A program made the translations under genes and the position numbers. A DNA stretch of 64,000 nt from an uncultured virus (IMG/VR IMGVR_UViG_3300020531_000001) (taxonomy: Duplodnaviria; Heunggongvirae; Uroviricota; Caudoviricetes), in the IMG/VR virus record IMGVR_UViG_3300020531_000001, positions 62,001 to 126,000 of that record. One strand, given 5' to 3'. Within the stretch, counting starts at the first letter, position 1. Each line of letters starts with the position of its first letter. This document shows positions 19,460 to 28,649 of this stretch, piece by piece. A model generated the notes under the pieces. The model saw nothing but the letters and a program-made list of their open reading frames with translations, was not told where the DNA came from and did not search any database.

Positions 19460-21523
19460 ATGCGCAAAGATTTTTCAGAATTGTCATTTTTATATGAAAA
19501 TGTTCTTATAAATGAAATATCTCAAAAATATGTGGATGTTATAAAAAAAGCTGCCAATGACCATGTGTTACCATTTGAAAATGTTTTTAACAATAAGTTG
19601 AGGATTATACTTCCCATCAAGGGAACTGAAACATACAATGCTATTTTAAATGATATTTCAAAAATAAAAGATTTTGATCGTTTCGATCCAGAAAAAAAAG
19701 AGGTCGTTAGAAAAATAAAACTCGATCCAAAATATGGCGGGGGAGAGAAAGAACAAAAAATAAACTTGGGAAGAGCGATCAATTCTTTAAAAATTGATCC
19801 AGAAACAAAAAAGAAATATTTAAATTGGTTTGCCAATTACGAATCCAACATACCAGAAATGAATGATCTTAAAAGATTTTCTGTGGTTGTTTCAAGAAGT
19901 CCAATTGATGTGTTGAGAATGTCTGATATCAGCGATATAGAATCATGTCATAGTCAAGGCGGTGCGTATTTTCAATGTGCGATTCAAGAAGCTATAACAG
20001 GCGGGGCTGTGGCTTATGTTGTACACACCAGAGATCTTAAAAAATTATCAGACGATGAGTTTCAAAATGAAGAAATATTCGAAGACAAAGAAAGAAACGT
20101 CAAAGGAATCGGCGTATGGTCTAGATTAAGAATAAGAAGATACGAAATAGAAGAAAACAACAATGATATCGGGATTCCAGAAGTCAGAATCTATGGTCGA
20201 AAAATACCAGGATTTTATGACACTGTGAAAAACTTTTTAACAAAATCTCAACAATACAGCGTTGATAATCTTTATAAATTATATAAAAATAAACAACTTA
20301 AAAAAACTGGTGGCTCTTATTCAGATTCCAGCGATAGTCAATTATTCAATAGAATGTACGACACTGATGTTTTTTATGGAAGCATTCGTCACGAAGACAA
20401 TGATGAAAATGCGGGTAGAGAAGCGCAATTCGAAGAAGAATTAGCAGGATTTCAAAACCGTTTCGAGTTTGAACATTGTAATGCGGGTTATAGTATTGAT
20501 GGAGATGATGATTATGTTTATTATACAGCGTGGGGAGCAATCAATATAGATCTTGGAGAATATCAAGTGATTGATGATTTTGTAGAATTTGACAGCGAGT
20601 ATGAGATAAGCCAATTAAAAAAATACAACAAAGATTCTCAACACCAATGGGAAAGATCACTGCCATATAATTTTAAAAACAGAAACCAAGAATCCTCAAT
20701 AAACACTTATAAAAATTTCCTAACAGATTTTGAACAATACGATAGCACATCTTTCGTAGAAGACTCGTTGGCTTCGATAAGCATAAAAAGAAATTACAAT
20801 GAAAAAACGGGAAATTGGGAAAAAAATCATTCATCAATGTCGCTGGGAATATTATTCAACAACGAAGAAAGCACAGACGACACTGACGAGTATCTCTCTT
20901 TCTTGAGAGAGGTTGACAACATAGATGGAAACTACGAATCAATCAAAAAAGCATTATTAAAAGCTTTATTGAAAAACGGTTTGATAAAATCAGGACCAGA
21001 TATGGAAAAATATACCACCATATCAAAAGAAAAAGAATTTGTAGAAGATATAAAGAACTTTGAATTTGATACGTCAGAAGACGCATTAACAACTGATATA
21101 TTTTTGGGAAGATACACAGAGCTATCAAAAGATGTTGCTTACGCAAACATCAGCATGATATTTGGAGAAGCACTTGAAAAATATCTAGACACGTATTACA
21201 AATCACCGCAAATCAATACACAGCAAACCACATTTGATAAGTTTTTTGAAAACCACTACAACGAAACGCTTGTTAATAAGTATGGAATAGAAAATATCAA
21301 ATGCAGATACACCACCCAAGCATTCAACACCGAATTATACAACATGAGTTTGGAAATAAAATTCGAAGCATTGAACAGCAAAACCGCGCCAATTATCAAA
21401 TTCCTAAATGATCACTATGATGATATAACCAACATAGCCAAAATGTTTTTCTTAAAACTCGCCAAAATAGAAAACCAGGACACCAAAAGATTACAACAGG
21501 TGTATGGTAAGTTATTACAATAA
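19460..21523 (+). CDS. Large acidic late protein, probably virion/ejected
   Basis: TAAATA 6 nt upstream; leader MRKDFSELSFLYE; SRSPIDVLRMSD...SCHS motif. Confidence 0.55.
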   Translation: MRKDFSELSFLYENVLINEISQKYVDVIKKAANDHVLPFENVFNNKLRIILPIKGTETYNAILNDISKIKDFDRFDPEKKEVVRKIKLDPKYGGGEKEQKINLGRAINSLKIDPETKKKYLNWFANYESNIPEMNDLKRFSVVVSRSPIDVLRMSDISDIESCHSQGGAYFQCAIQEAITGGAVAYVVHTRDLKKLSDDEFQNEEIFEDKERNVKGIGVWSRLRIRRYEIEENNNDIGIPEVRIYGRKIPGFYDTVKNFLTKSQQYSVDNLYKLYKNKQLKKTGGSYSDSSDSQLFNRMYDTDVFYGSIRHEDNDENAGREAQFEEELAGFQNRFEFEHCNAGYSIDGDDDYVYYTAWGAINIDLGEYQVIDDFVEFDSEYEISQLKKYNKDSQHQWERSLPYNFKNRNQESSINTYKNFLTDFEQYDSTSFVEDSLASISIKRNYNEKTGNWEKNHSSMSLGILFNNEESTDDTDEYLSFLREVDNIDGNYESIKKALLKALLKNGLIKSGPDMEKYTTISKEKEFVEDIKNFEFDTSEDALTTDIFLGRYTELSKDVAYANISMIFGEALEKYLDTYYKSPQINTQQTTFDKFFENHYNETLVNKYGIENIKCRYTTQAFNTELYNMSLEIKFEALNSKTAPIIKFLNDHYDDITNIAKMFFLKLAKIENQDTKRLQQVYGKLLQ

Positions 21524-21934
21524 TCAACCTTCCATAACTTCATCTAAATCATAAAAGCTATTTATAAAATTGATATTGGCTTTTTGGATTGGTGTGAATC
21601 TGTGTGTAACTTCTTTTTCGTAAAATGTTTTGTTCTGCGAAAAAACAATTCGAACCCATCCCAAAGAAAAAAGAGTATCGTATACTCCTTTTTTGGAAGA
21701 AGTCCCAATACTATCTAAAATTTGTTTTCCAACGATTTCATGTTGTCCAACACCACCACGCACCACTGCAAAATTACCATGGCGATCCATCCAAAACCCA
21801 TAAGGTTTGTTCATAGGCAAACGAACAATGCTGTTGTGTATTTTCAAGGTGTCTTGATCATCAAAAGCTTTTGTTTTACTTGCTTCTTCAATCATTTCAA
21901 GATAAATACTGTTTATATCTAAACGATAATTCAT
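21524..21934 (-). CDS. Hypothetical late protein
   Basis: TAAATA 5 nt upstream; PYGFWMDRHG...H...GWVRI. Confidence 0.6.
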   Translation of the reverse strand: MNYRLDINSIYLEMIEEASKTKAFDDQDTLKIHNSIVRLPMNKPYGFWMDRHGNFAVVRGGVGQHEIVGKQILDSIGTSSKKGVYDTLFSLGWVRIVFSQNKTFYEKEVTHRFTPIQKANINFINSFYDLDEVMEG

Positions 21935-21942
21935 AATTTTAT

Positions 21943-22416
21943 TTAATATAATTCGTTTTGTATAGAAGATAAGTATTCTCCATCCAGAGTTTGGATTATT
22001 TTGGATTGCACAACAACACCAGGATTGATGATAATCACCGAAAGGTTTTCGTTTCTAATGTCTCCTTCGCCTGTGTTCTTGTAAAACGCTACATCATAAT
22101 CACCCAAACCTTCAACATAATCATAACCGTGATCAGAGCCATCGTCTGGCAACAACTTTGGATACACATCACCCGTTCTAATAATTAGCTCATAAAGATA
22201 ATATGTGTCATACTTTCCTTCGTCATTGATCATATAATCAGCGCGAATCAACGCTTGTTGACGAGTACCACAATGAGATCCCGAAACGTAATCTCGCTTA
22301 TCACCACGAGCAGAACTACGAAAAACTTTTAAATATTCCACACCTTCAACGTCTTTAAACTTTGTATTTGCCGTTAATTCTTGAGTGTTATAGAAAGATT
22401 CCAAAAAGCTTTTCAT
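21943..22416 (-). CDS. Putative ADP-ribosyltransferase-fold protein
   Basis: Start MKSFLES 5 nt after TAAATA; VFRSS, GSHCGTRQQA, YKNTGEG, SVIIINP resemble polyvalent-protein ART domains. Confidence 0.5.
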   Translation of the reverse strand: MKSFLESFYNTQELTANTKFKDVEGVEYLKVFRSSARGDKRDYVSGSHCGTRQQALIRADYMINDEGKYDTYYLYELIIRTGDVYPKLLPDDGSDHGYDYVEGLGDYDVAFYKNTGEGDIRNENLSVIIINPGVVVQSKIIQTLDGEYLSSIQNELY

Positions 22417-22448
22417 AGGATTATTTAATTGACTAAATATTTTAGATA

Positions 22449-22844
22449 ATGAAAAACAGAGATCAACTATTATTGACAAATATATATACAAGTTCTGTTT
22501 TGTCAGAAAGTATAACAGCAGCTGTTAAAAAAATTTCAATTGAAAACCTTTTACCAGATAAAGATAACATGGAAGTGGCTGTTGATTCTCTAAGAAAAGG
22601 CATGCGCAGTTCTGATAATAATCCTATATCGGTTTATAAAAATAAAAATAAATATATAGTAGCAGACGGACATCATCGCTTGTTGCAATCCATAATCAAC
22701 GGCGATGAATCCATCAACGCAAAAATCCTTCACTCAGACACACCAGTATCCACAACAGGAACAATCAAATTAGACTTATTCGACGGCGATTACTATGGAC
22801 TGGATTCATCTCTAGAAAACGGATGGTTAATAAAAAGACTATGA
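22449..22844 (+). CDS. ParB/Srx-like domain protein
   Basis: PISV...YIVADGHHRL. Confidence 0.75.
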   Translation: MKNRDQLLLTNIYTSSVLSESITAAVKKISIENLLPDKDNMEVAVDSLRKGMRSSDNNPISVYKNKNKYIVADGHHRLLQSIINGDESINAKILHSDTPVSTTGTIKLDLFDGDYYGLDSSLENGWLIKRL

Positions 22845-23695
22845 AAAACGAAGACAGATATTTTTTAGAAGAACTCTATACAGAAATGGCATTGTCCAAT
22901 CTACAAACGATTGGCAAATGGCAAGACGATAAAAATAGACACGGATATGACAAAGCATCAGTAGGAATACTATCATCTCCCGCAGGATTAAAAAAATTAG
23001 AAGACACATTCAACAAAATAGGAGGATGGGACTTTAATCTATATTTCGTAAAATTACCAAACGCATGGAAACAAAGCGAAATGGGACTGGTTGATATCAA
23101 CAACCTACCACAATTAATCAAAGTCGAAGCGGGAAAAGATTTCCCCATGCCAACAGACAGCGAAATAACAATCATATTCACAAACAACGCAGCGGCAGAA
23201 AAAGTACCATTAACACCATGGACAATAGCACACAGAATAGGACATTCTTTCGCAGCAACATTCAGAAGAGGAAACGATAAATCTATACAACACTATGATA
23301 ACGAAATATCAAATATATTAAAAAAATTATTAATGTGTTATAATATAAAACCAGAAGGAAATCTGTTATACTCCCAAGCTTATTATATAAGAGATCTATT
23401 TCAAAAAATAGGAAAGTTCCGTAGTGCTAGAATGGGTAAATTAAATCGCCCAGCAGAATTCTATCACGAAGCGTTCTCGTATTGGTTATTACACGATGGA
23501 GAACTAAACTTCAATGATCCCCCACAATCACTGATAGACAGCAACAAACAAGCATGGGGAACACCAGTGGGTATGAATTATAGATTACAAGATGCAGAAA
23601 CAGCAGAAGACTTATTATATCAATTAAAATATGAATTAGAAGAGAAATTCAATTATATGATAGGAAGACACATCGGCACAACGTCGATTATGTGA
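22841..23695 (+). CDS. Late protein with zincin-like HRxxH motif
   Basis: LTPWTIAHRIGH...FRSAR...EFYHEAF; leader MKNEDRYFLEELYTEM. Confidence 0.55.
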   Translation: MKNEDRYFLEELYTEMALSNLQTIGKWQDDKNRHGYDKASVGILSSPAGLKKLEDTFNKIGGWDFNLYFVKLPNAWKQSEMGLVDINNLPQLIKVEAGKDFPMPTDSEITIIFTNNAAAEKVPLTPWTIAHRIGHSFAATFRRGNDKSIQHYDNEISNILKKLLMCYNIKPEGNLLYSQAYYIRDLFQKIGKFRSARMGKLNRPAEFYHEAFSYWLLHDGELNFNDPPQSLIDSNKQAWGTPVGMNYRLQDAETAEDLLYQLKYELEEKFNYMIGRHIGTTSIM

Positions 23696-23699
23696 TCGG

Positions 23700-23900
23700 G
23701 CCTTATACAAAAAACCTATAAAAATATAAAAAAAAATATTTTAATAAAAATTGGCCTTATATAAAAACCTACAAAAAATACAAAAAATATTTTATATAGT
23801 AAAAAAGCCTTATAGTAAAACTTACAAAAAATACAAAAAATATTTTAATAGTAAAAAAGCCTTATATAAAAAACTTACAAAAAATACAAAAAATATTTTT
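23700..23900. repeat. Four imperfect ~53-bp A-tract tandem repeats
   Basis: GCCTTAT units at 23700, 23754, 23807, 23859, each with A-tracts ending AAAAATATTTT. Confidence 0.9.
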
Positions 23901-23923
23901 CCATGGCCCCCCCTTTCAAAAAA

Positions 23924-23966
23924 AACCTACCAGCGTGTAGAAGCAAATTCTAACACGCTGGTAGGT
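23924..23966. terminator. Strong hairpin, terminator-like for the minus strand
   Basis: ACCTACCAGCGTGT...ACACGCTGGTAGGT next to an A-run. Confidence 0.65.
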
Positions 23967-23997
23967 ATGGTTGTATGTTATTCTAGTTTCTTACTAC

Positions 23998-24225
23998 TCA
24001 GTAGTCAGCTAACTCACCGAATTCCTCTTCGACGAACTCTCGTGCGAACTCTCTGGCAGCGTCAGTGACTTCAGCAGCTAGGTCATAGCCGTTGTCGATC
24101 ATCTCTTCGATCTCGTCGATGTAGTCGCAAAGTGATGCCGTGTCTGGCAGGTCTGATAGACTCATCATGGTGATGGCTTCGACTTCACGATTGATAATGT
24201 TGATTGCTTTTTGTCTGTTTGTCAT
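23998..24225 (-). CDS. Small acidic early protein
   Basis: Own promoter motif; Asp/Glu-rich C-terminal half. Confidence 0.7.
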   Translation of the reverse strand: MTNRQKAINIINREVEAITMMSLSDLPDTASLCDYIDEIEEMIDNGYDLAAEVTDAAREFAREFVEEEFGELADY

Positions 24226-24308
24226 GGCAAGGTTATGATAATCTAGTTTTTAACTGGTGATTGGCAAGCAGGAGACGATCAATCTCCCACTTGCCTTTAC
24301 CATGCTAC

Positions 24309-24386
24309 CTATTGAAACATTTGAATGACTACAACCATCCAGATGGCAAGGTTGAGTCCAATGACGATACCGAGTAATTCTTTCAT
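24309..24386 (-). CDS. 25-aa single-TM peptide (below ORF-track cutoff)
   Basis: MKELLGIVIGLNLAIWMVVVIQMFQ*; structured leader upstream, hairpin downstream. Confidence 0.5.
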   Translation of the reverse strand: MKELLGIVIGLNLAIWMVVVIQMFQ

Positions 24387-24493
24387 GATGTTAAGATATG
24401 TTGTCGCCCCCTCAACTTTCTACTGCGTTGCTACGGGATCTTGTGAGTAGGGGAAACCACCCCAGGGCGACAAAAGGATTATGTTCTAGTTTT

Positions 24494-24694
24494 TTACTGG
24501 TGGCCAGAGTAGTTTACTGGTTCGTCAGAGTCAACCTTGACGCACCAGCACTTCTTGGCTGTTTTCTTCTGGTAGTCAGTCCATGGCTTTGGGCCAAAGG
24601 CAGCTTCCCAAGCTGCCTTTTCTGTTGGGCCATCGCCCAGATTGCAATGTCGAAGGCAATTGATGCCCGATTGTCCTTTGATGATGTATTTCAT
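24494..24694 (-). CDS. Hypothetical early protein
   Basis: Promoter motif upstream; stop lies within the next motif. Confidence 0.7.
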   Translation of the reverse strand: MKYIIKGQSGINCLRHCNLGDGPTEKAAWEAAFGPKPWTDYQKKTAKKCWCVKVDSDEPVNYSGHQ

Positions 24695-24719
24695 GGCGAA
24701 ACTATTATGATCTAGTTTT

Positions 24720-24941
24720 TTACTGGTTGACTTTAGCTTCCCAGTTGAAAATGTCGGCTTGACTGATCTTGATGCCGTGCTTGTAAAACAAGTGGGACAA
24801 CGCGAGTCGGCTCATGCCTTTCTTGCGGCACACTCTGATTGCCTTTCGATAAGGCTCACAGCGCTTCACAAAGGGAGCGGTGCGGCGTGGCATCGGAGTG
24901 TTGATGATTTGATTTGAGATGTGTGCGGATGATAGTTTCAT
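24720..24941 (-). CDS. Small basic protein, possible HTH
   Basis: GMSRLALSHLF...ISQADIFNWE. Confidence 0.55.
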   Translation of the reverse strand: MKLSSAHISNQIINTPMPRRTAPFVKRCEPYRKAIRVCRKKGMSRLALSHLFYKHGIKISQADIFNWEAKVNQ

Positions 24942-24980
24942 AGTAGTGGTGTGGTATTGGAATGATATTCTAGTTTTTTA

Positions 24981-25190
24981 TTAGTTAAATCGGCAAACCT
25001 CTTCAAAAATTCCTTCGTTGTTTTGGACATAAAAGGAACAATCGAGCATTTCCATTTCGTCGTCCACTTCGTCTTCCATTGGAGGGCCAAACTCAATCAC
25101 ATCGCAAATTGGAGTGAAGTGAAGCTCCTTGTGCTTGTCGATGTAGCAAAGGAACAAATTGTCTACTGTGTAATCTTCTAGTGTATTCAT
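24981..25190 (-). CDS. Small acidic early protein
   Basis: Start MNTLEDY follows the promoter motif near 25209. Confidence 0.65.
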   Translation of the reverse strand: MNTLEDYTVDNLFLCYIDKHKELHFTPICDVIEFGPPMEDEVDDEMEMLDCSFYVQNNEGIFEEVCRFN

Positions 25191-25215
25191 GGTATTGGAA
25201 TGATATTCTAGTTTT

Positions 25216-25419
25216 TTAATACTCCCATTCTGGCTCGTATCCATCAGCGAAACGATCTTCGTATGCCGCATCGAGCCATGCGTCTTCGTTGCCCTCGTTG
25301 GTGAGGTCATAGGGAAGCAGGTCGTCTTGCAGATTGTAATGGGGATCATACAATGCTTCATCGCCGTATTCTTCAACAAAGACATTGTATGGGATGGTAT
25401 CGGGTTCAATAGTATTCAT
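25216..25419 (-). CDS. Very acidic Tyr-rich small protein
   Basis: About one third Asp/Glu, one Arg, no Lys; own promoter. Confidence 0.7.
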   Translation of the reverse strand: MNTIEPDTIPYNVFVEEYGDEALYDPHYNLQDDLLPYDLTNEGNEDAWLDAAYEDRFADGYEPEWEY

Positions 25420-25618
25420 GGTAGTGTTAGGATAATTTAGTTTCTTACTGGTGATCCTTTAGGCGGATCAATCCATCGCTTTTCTGGCAAGCCGATTGCC
25501 ACGCACCGCCACGCTCTCCGTTGCGGCTTTTCTCTTGTGCCTATTTGATCGGTCGGCTTCCGTGTTCCTACTATGCGGGAACCTAACGCAAATTCATCAT
25601 AACCTAGTTTTTAACTGG

Positions 25619-25738
25619 TCAGATTTCGATGATGTCATCGTCATCGGCATAGGGATAAATCCCAGTATCGGGATCGTAAAGATCACCGAAAACGATTTGC
25701 AATTCCAAGGTATCAAGTAGGGCGAGTAGGTCAATCAT
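25619..25738 (-). CDS. 39-aa acidic peptide (below cutoff)
   Basis: MIDLLALLDTLELQIVFGDLYDPDTGIYPYADDDDIIEI*, between two promoter motifs. Confidence 0.55.
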   Translation of the reverse strand: MIDLLALLDTLELQIVFGDLYDPDTGIYPYADDDDIIEI

Positions 25739-25782
25739 GGCAGGGTCATCATAACCTAGTTTTTAACTAGTGGATTTGAGAT

Positions 25783-25817
25783 AAAAAAAGGGGAGAGTGA
25801 AAAATCACTCTCCCCTT
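25783..25817 (-). terminator. Intrinsic terminator
   Basis: AAGGGGAGAGTGA-aaa-TCACTCTCCCCTT; U-tail on minus strand. Confidence 0.85.
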
Positions 25818-25825
25818 GTGGATTG

Positions 25826-26101
25826 TTATGCGTTGGCTTTTGCCGCTTCCATTTCCGCGATCATCGCCTTGAGGCGTTCGATCTTGGCCGCAGTTTTGGT
25901 TTCAGCGCGTCCGTTGTGGATTGCCTTGGACTCGACCTCAAAAAGGTCAACGCCATCGGGAGTGAAGCGGTGGGACATTGCCACTTCGACAATGACGCGC
26001 AATGCTTCGCCGTCATTCTTCAACTCAAATTCCTCTTTCAAGGATTGGATGAAGTCTTTGTCGCGGAGGGTGGGAACGATAGGATGCTGTTTATTTTTCA
26101 T
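25826..26101 (-). CDS. Small protein, possible ribbon-helix-helix plus coiled coil
   Basis: Own promoter and terminator; DKDFIQSLKEEF...GEALRVIVE. Confidence 0.6.
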   Translation of the reverse strand: MKNKQHPIVPTLRDKDFIQSLKEEFELKNDGEALRVIVEVAMSHRFTPDGVDLFEVESKAIHNGRAETKTAAKIERLKAMIAEMEAAKANA

Positions 26102-26487
26102 AGCAAGGTCAGTGTATTCTAGTTTCTAACTGGTCTCAACCTTTCAGGCAGGTATCATTCCATCAATCTTCTTGGCGATTGATTGCCGTTTGGTGCTGGC
26201 ATCATCATAACCTAGTTTCTAATTAGTCATTGCAAATTCATCAATGAATGTTTCGAGAATGTCACTAGGTGCTTCAATGCTTATTGCGATAATCATGCGG
26301 TTAAATTTTATTTTAGTTTTTTATTAGTCTGGTGTATTTTTTAACTTATTATGAATAGATTGTTATGGTTAAGATTCCAGATTGGAATAAAAAGATTCCG
26401 CTGGAGGATAATAATAACACAAAATTATCCTCCAGCGGATTTTACCACGATACTACACCTATAAAAAATTATATGATTTTAGGGAAA

Positions 26488-27644
26488 TTAGTCACAAAAC
26501 AATCCCTTGCGTATCTTTCTTTTGCGATTCTTTGAAGGGGTATTTGCACAAGGCTTGAGCAAGCGCATAGGATTTTTGGATTTGACTGCTGTTAAAATCC
26601 CGTGGATGAAGTATCCAAGGATTAGAATTGTTGTGAATCCAATTGAAAACCACACATAAAATGTGATGAATGTTTCGATTGTGAAGAATGATGTTGTTAG
26701 ATATTCAATCATAATTTGATTATATAATAAAGTTATTGATTGTCAAGAGAGTTGCATTGGTAGCCAAGGAATTAGTTATATGAAACGAACGCAAGAGATT
26801 TTCCTTGGCTACCTTTGCAAAATTATCGTATACCAGCAAGCGCATCAGCCACTATGCGTTTTATCAGACTTAATAATGTATGTAGAACTCACAAAGTTGT
26901 GATGACAAACTGATTATATTATCATCGCAACTTTATAAACATCATTTTATCATTTACCAGATGAGATTACTTCGTGTGTTTTGGGATTGATCATTCTCAC
27001 CAGATAGTCAATGATGAATTGAGTTGAGTCTTCTCCTATTGGATGGCTACCTAGTTGGTTGCCCATGCGATAAGTTAGATAGTTTTCGTGGATGGTAAAG
27101 ACTAGATGGTTCATTGTTTGGAATGTTTGATGTGAAAAGCCACAAAGTCTTCTGCGAGATTATCAATTAGTTCTTCAACAAAAGCACTGGCATCATCCAT
27201 TGGGTGAAGTTCAAACTTTGAAACCGCATCCCAAACTTCGATTTGCTTTTGATCTTCCTGCTGTTCTGATGTGCTGTATTCATCAGCGAGCAAAGCGAGA
27301 GAGAGTCTTTCAGCACTCCAATCTTTGGGCCATTTGGAAAGGAAATGACCTGCGGCGATTAGGTATGCTTCGGCGTGGAGGGGATTGTTAGTGTCGAGGA
27401 GGATGTAGTCTTGCATGGCGTGAGGTTAGTTGTTTTGGGATTGCTTGTCAACAAGTTCTTTCGCGATTTCTTCTTTGAGGTCTTCCAGTAGATCAATGAA
27501 GTCAGAGAGTTCATCGTCCATAAGAAACATAGGAAGAATGCGGTCAATGATTGGTTCAGCAGGAAGCTCCCTTGTCAATTCGTAGTAACGCTTGAGTTTA
27601 CAAGTATCGTGTGCGAACTCACCGATTTGTTTGATTGGTTGCAT
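26488..27644 (-). CDS. Cluster of small hypothetical genes (26488-26712 TM, 27111-27416, 27426-27644)
   Basis: Co-oriented ORFs from the track. Confidence 0.55.
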
Positions 27645-28016
27645 GGTTATTGTTCGATGAGGTTATTTTGTTTACAAAACTCGGCAATTACACCATTCAT
27701 CTCCGTAAGAAAGTCGGAGATCATGAGTTCCTTGTCGAATGAGACTTCGTTGCCTTCGATGCAATATAAAAGGTCAACTTGGATTGTGGGTGGATTGATT
27801 GGTTGCATGGTGATTAGTCGTCAGCGTGGTGAGTTTCCATTAGTTCAGCAAGATAGCCGCGAATTTCATCAGCGGTTTCGCTTTCTCCTCCAGAGTATTC
27901 GTTAACAAGATCGAGAGCTTGATTGGCGATTTCCTCAAGGGCTTCAATTGTGTTTAGTAGTTTTTCGATTGTGGTCATGTCAATAGTATAGTTTAGTTTC
28001 TTATTAGTGAAAGTGT

Positions 28017-28114
28017 GCTCCCCGCTAGGAGTCGAACCTAGGCTTCCAAGCTATCAGCAAAGCTATCCATGGTTTGCTTTGCTTTAGTGTTTGGTGTGCC
28101 AGCGCATCGGGGAG
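28017..28114 (-). ncRNA. tRNA-like RNA with intact acceptor and T arms and an aberrant D/anticodon region
   Basis: 5' CTCCCCG...CGGGGAG acceptor; CTAGG-TTCGACT-CCTAG T-arm; internal AGCAAAGC/GCTTTGCT hairpin; directly after a promoter motif. Confidence 0.65.
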
Positions 28115-28141
28115 GTGAGCTTATTGTAAGTTAGTTTTTTA

Positions 28142-28624
28142 TTAGACGCTGGCAGGAATTTCTTCGTCCTCGTCGTATTCGACAAAGTTAAAGTTTTCTT
28201 TTGCAAACTCCGTGACATCAGCATCATCGACTTGGTTGTCGTCAATTTGACCTTCGGAGATGATAGCAGTCCCAGCAAACCAGCAACCGCTCTCAAAGTA
28301 GTCCAGCGTGAATTGATCGTTTGGAAACATTTCAGACAAAGCGGCAATGGCTTGAAGTGGTGGACTCCAAGCAGTCATAAAGGTTGCTTGAAAGTCTGCG
28401 ATCTCGGAGATGAGTTGGTCAGCAACTTCACGCTGCTCTTCTTCGCTCAAGTCCCATTTGGTTCCCCAGTTTTCAAGTCTCCAATCATACCATCCATTGC
28501 CCTCAAGCAATTCGGGTGGCGTGGGTTTGATCTTCTCAAAAGAAAGACCATTTTCTTTTAGATAGCTTTCCAATTCTGGACTGCAATCCATGATCGACAA
28601 TTTGTTTTCGCACCAGTTAGGCAT
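28142..28624 (-). CDS. YubB/DUF1281-like ferredoxin-fold protein
   Basis: MPNWCEN, WYDWRLENWGTKWD, FMTAWSPP. Confidence 0.8.
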   Translation of the reverse strand: MPNWCENKLSIMDCSPELESYLKENGLSFEKIKPTPPELLEGNGWYDWRLENWGTKWDLSEEEQREVADQLISEIADFQATFMTAWSPPLQAIAALSEMFPNDQFTLDYFESGCWFAGTAIISEGQIDDNQVDDADVTEFAKENFNFVEYDEDEEIPASV

Positions 28625-28649
28625 AGTAGTAGTATAGTTTAGTTTCTTA

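Noticed and set aside
23751..24068. 105-aa Lys-rich ORF
   Set aside because: It is just the translation of the A-tract repeat and hairpin
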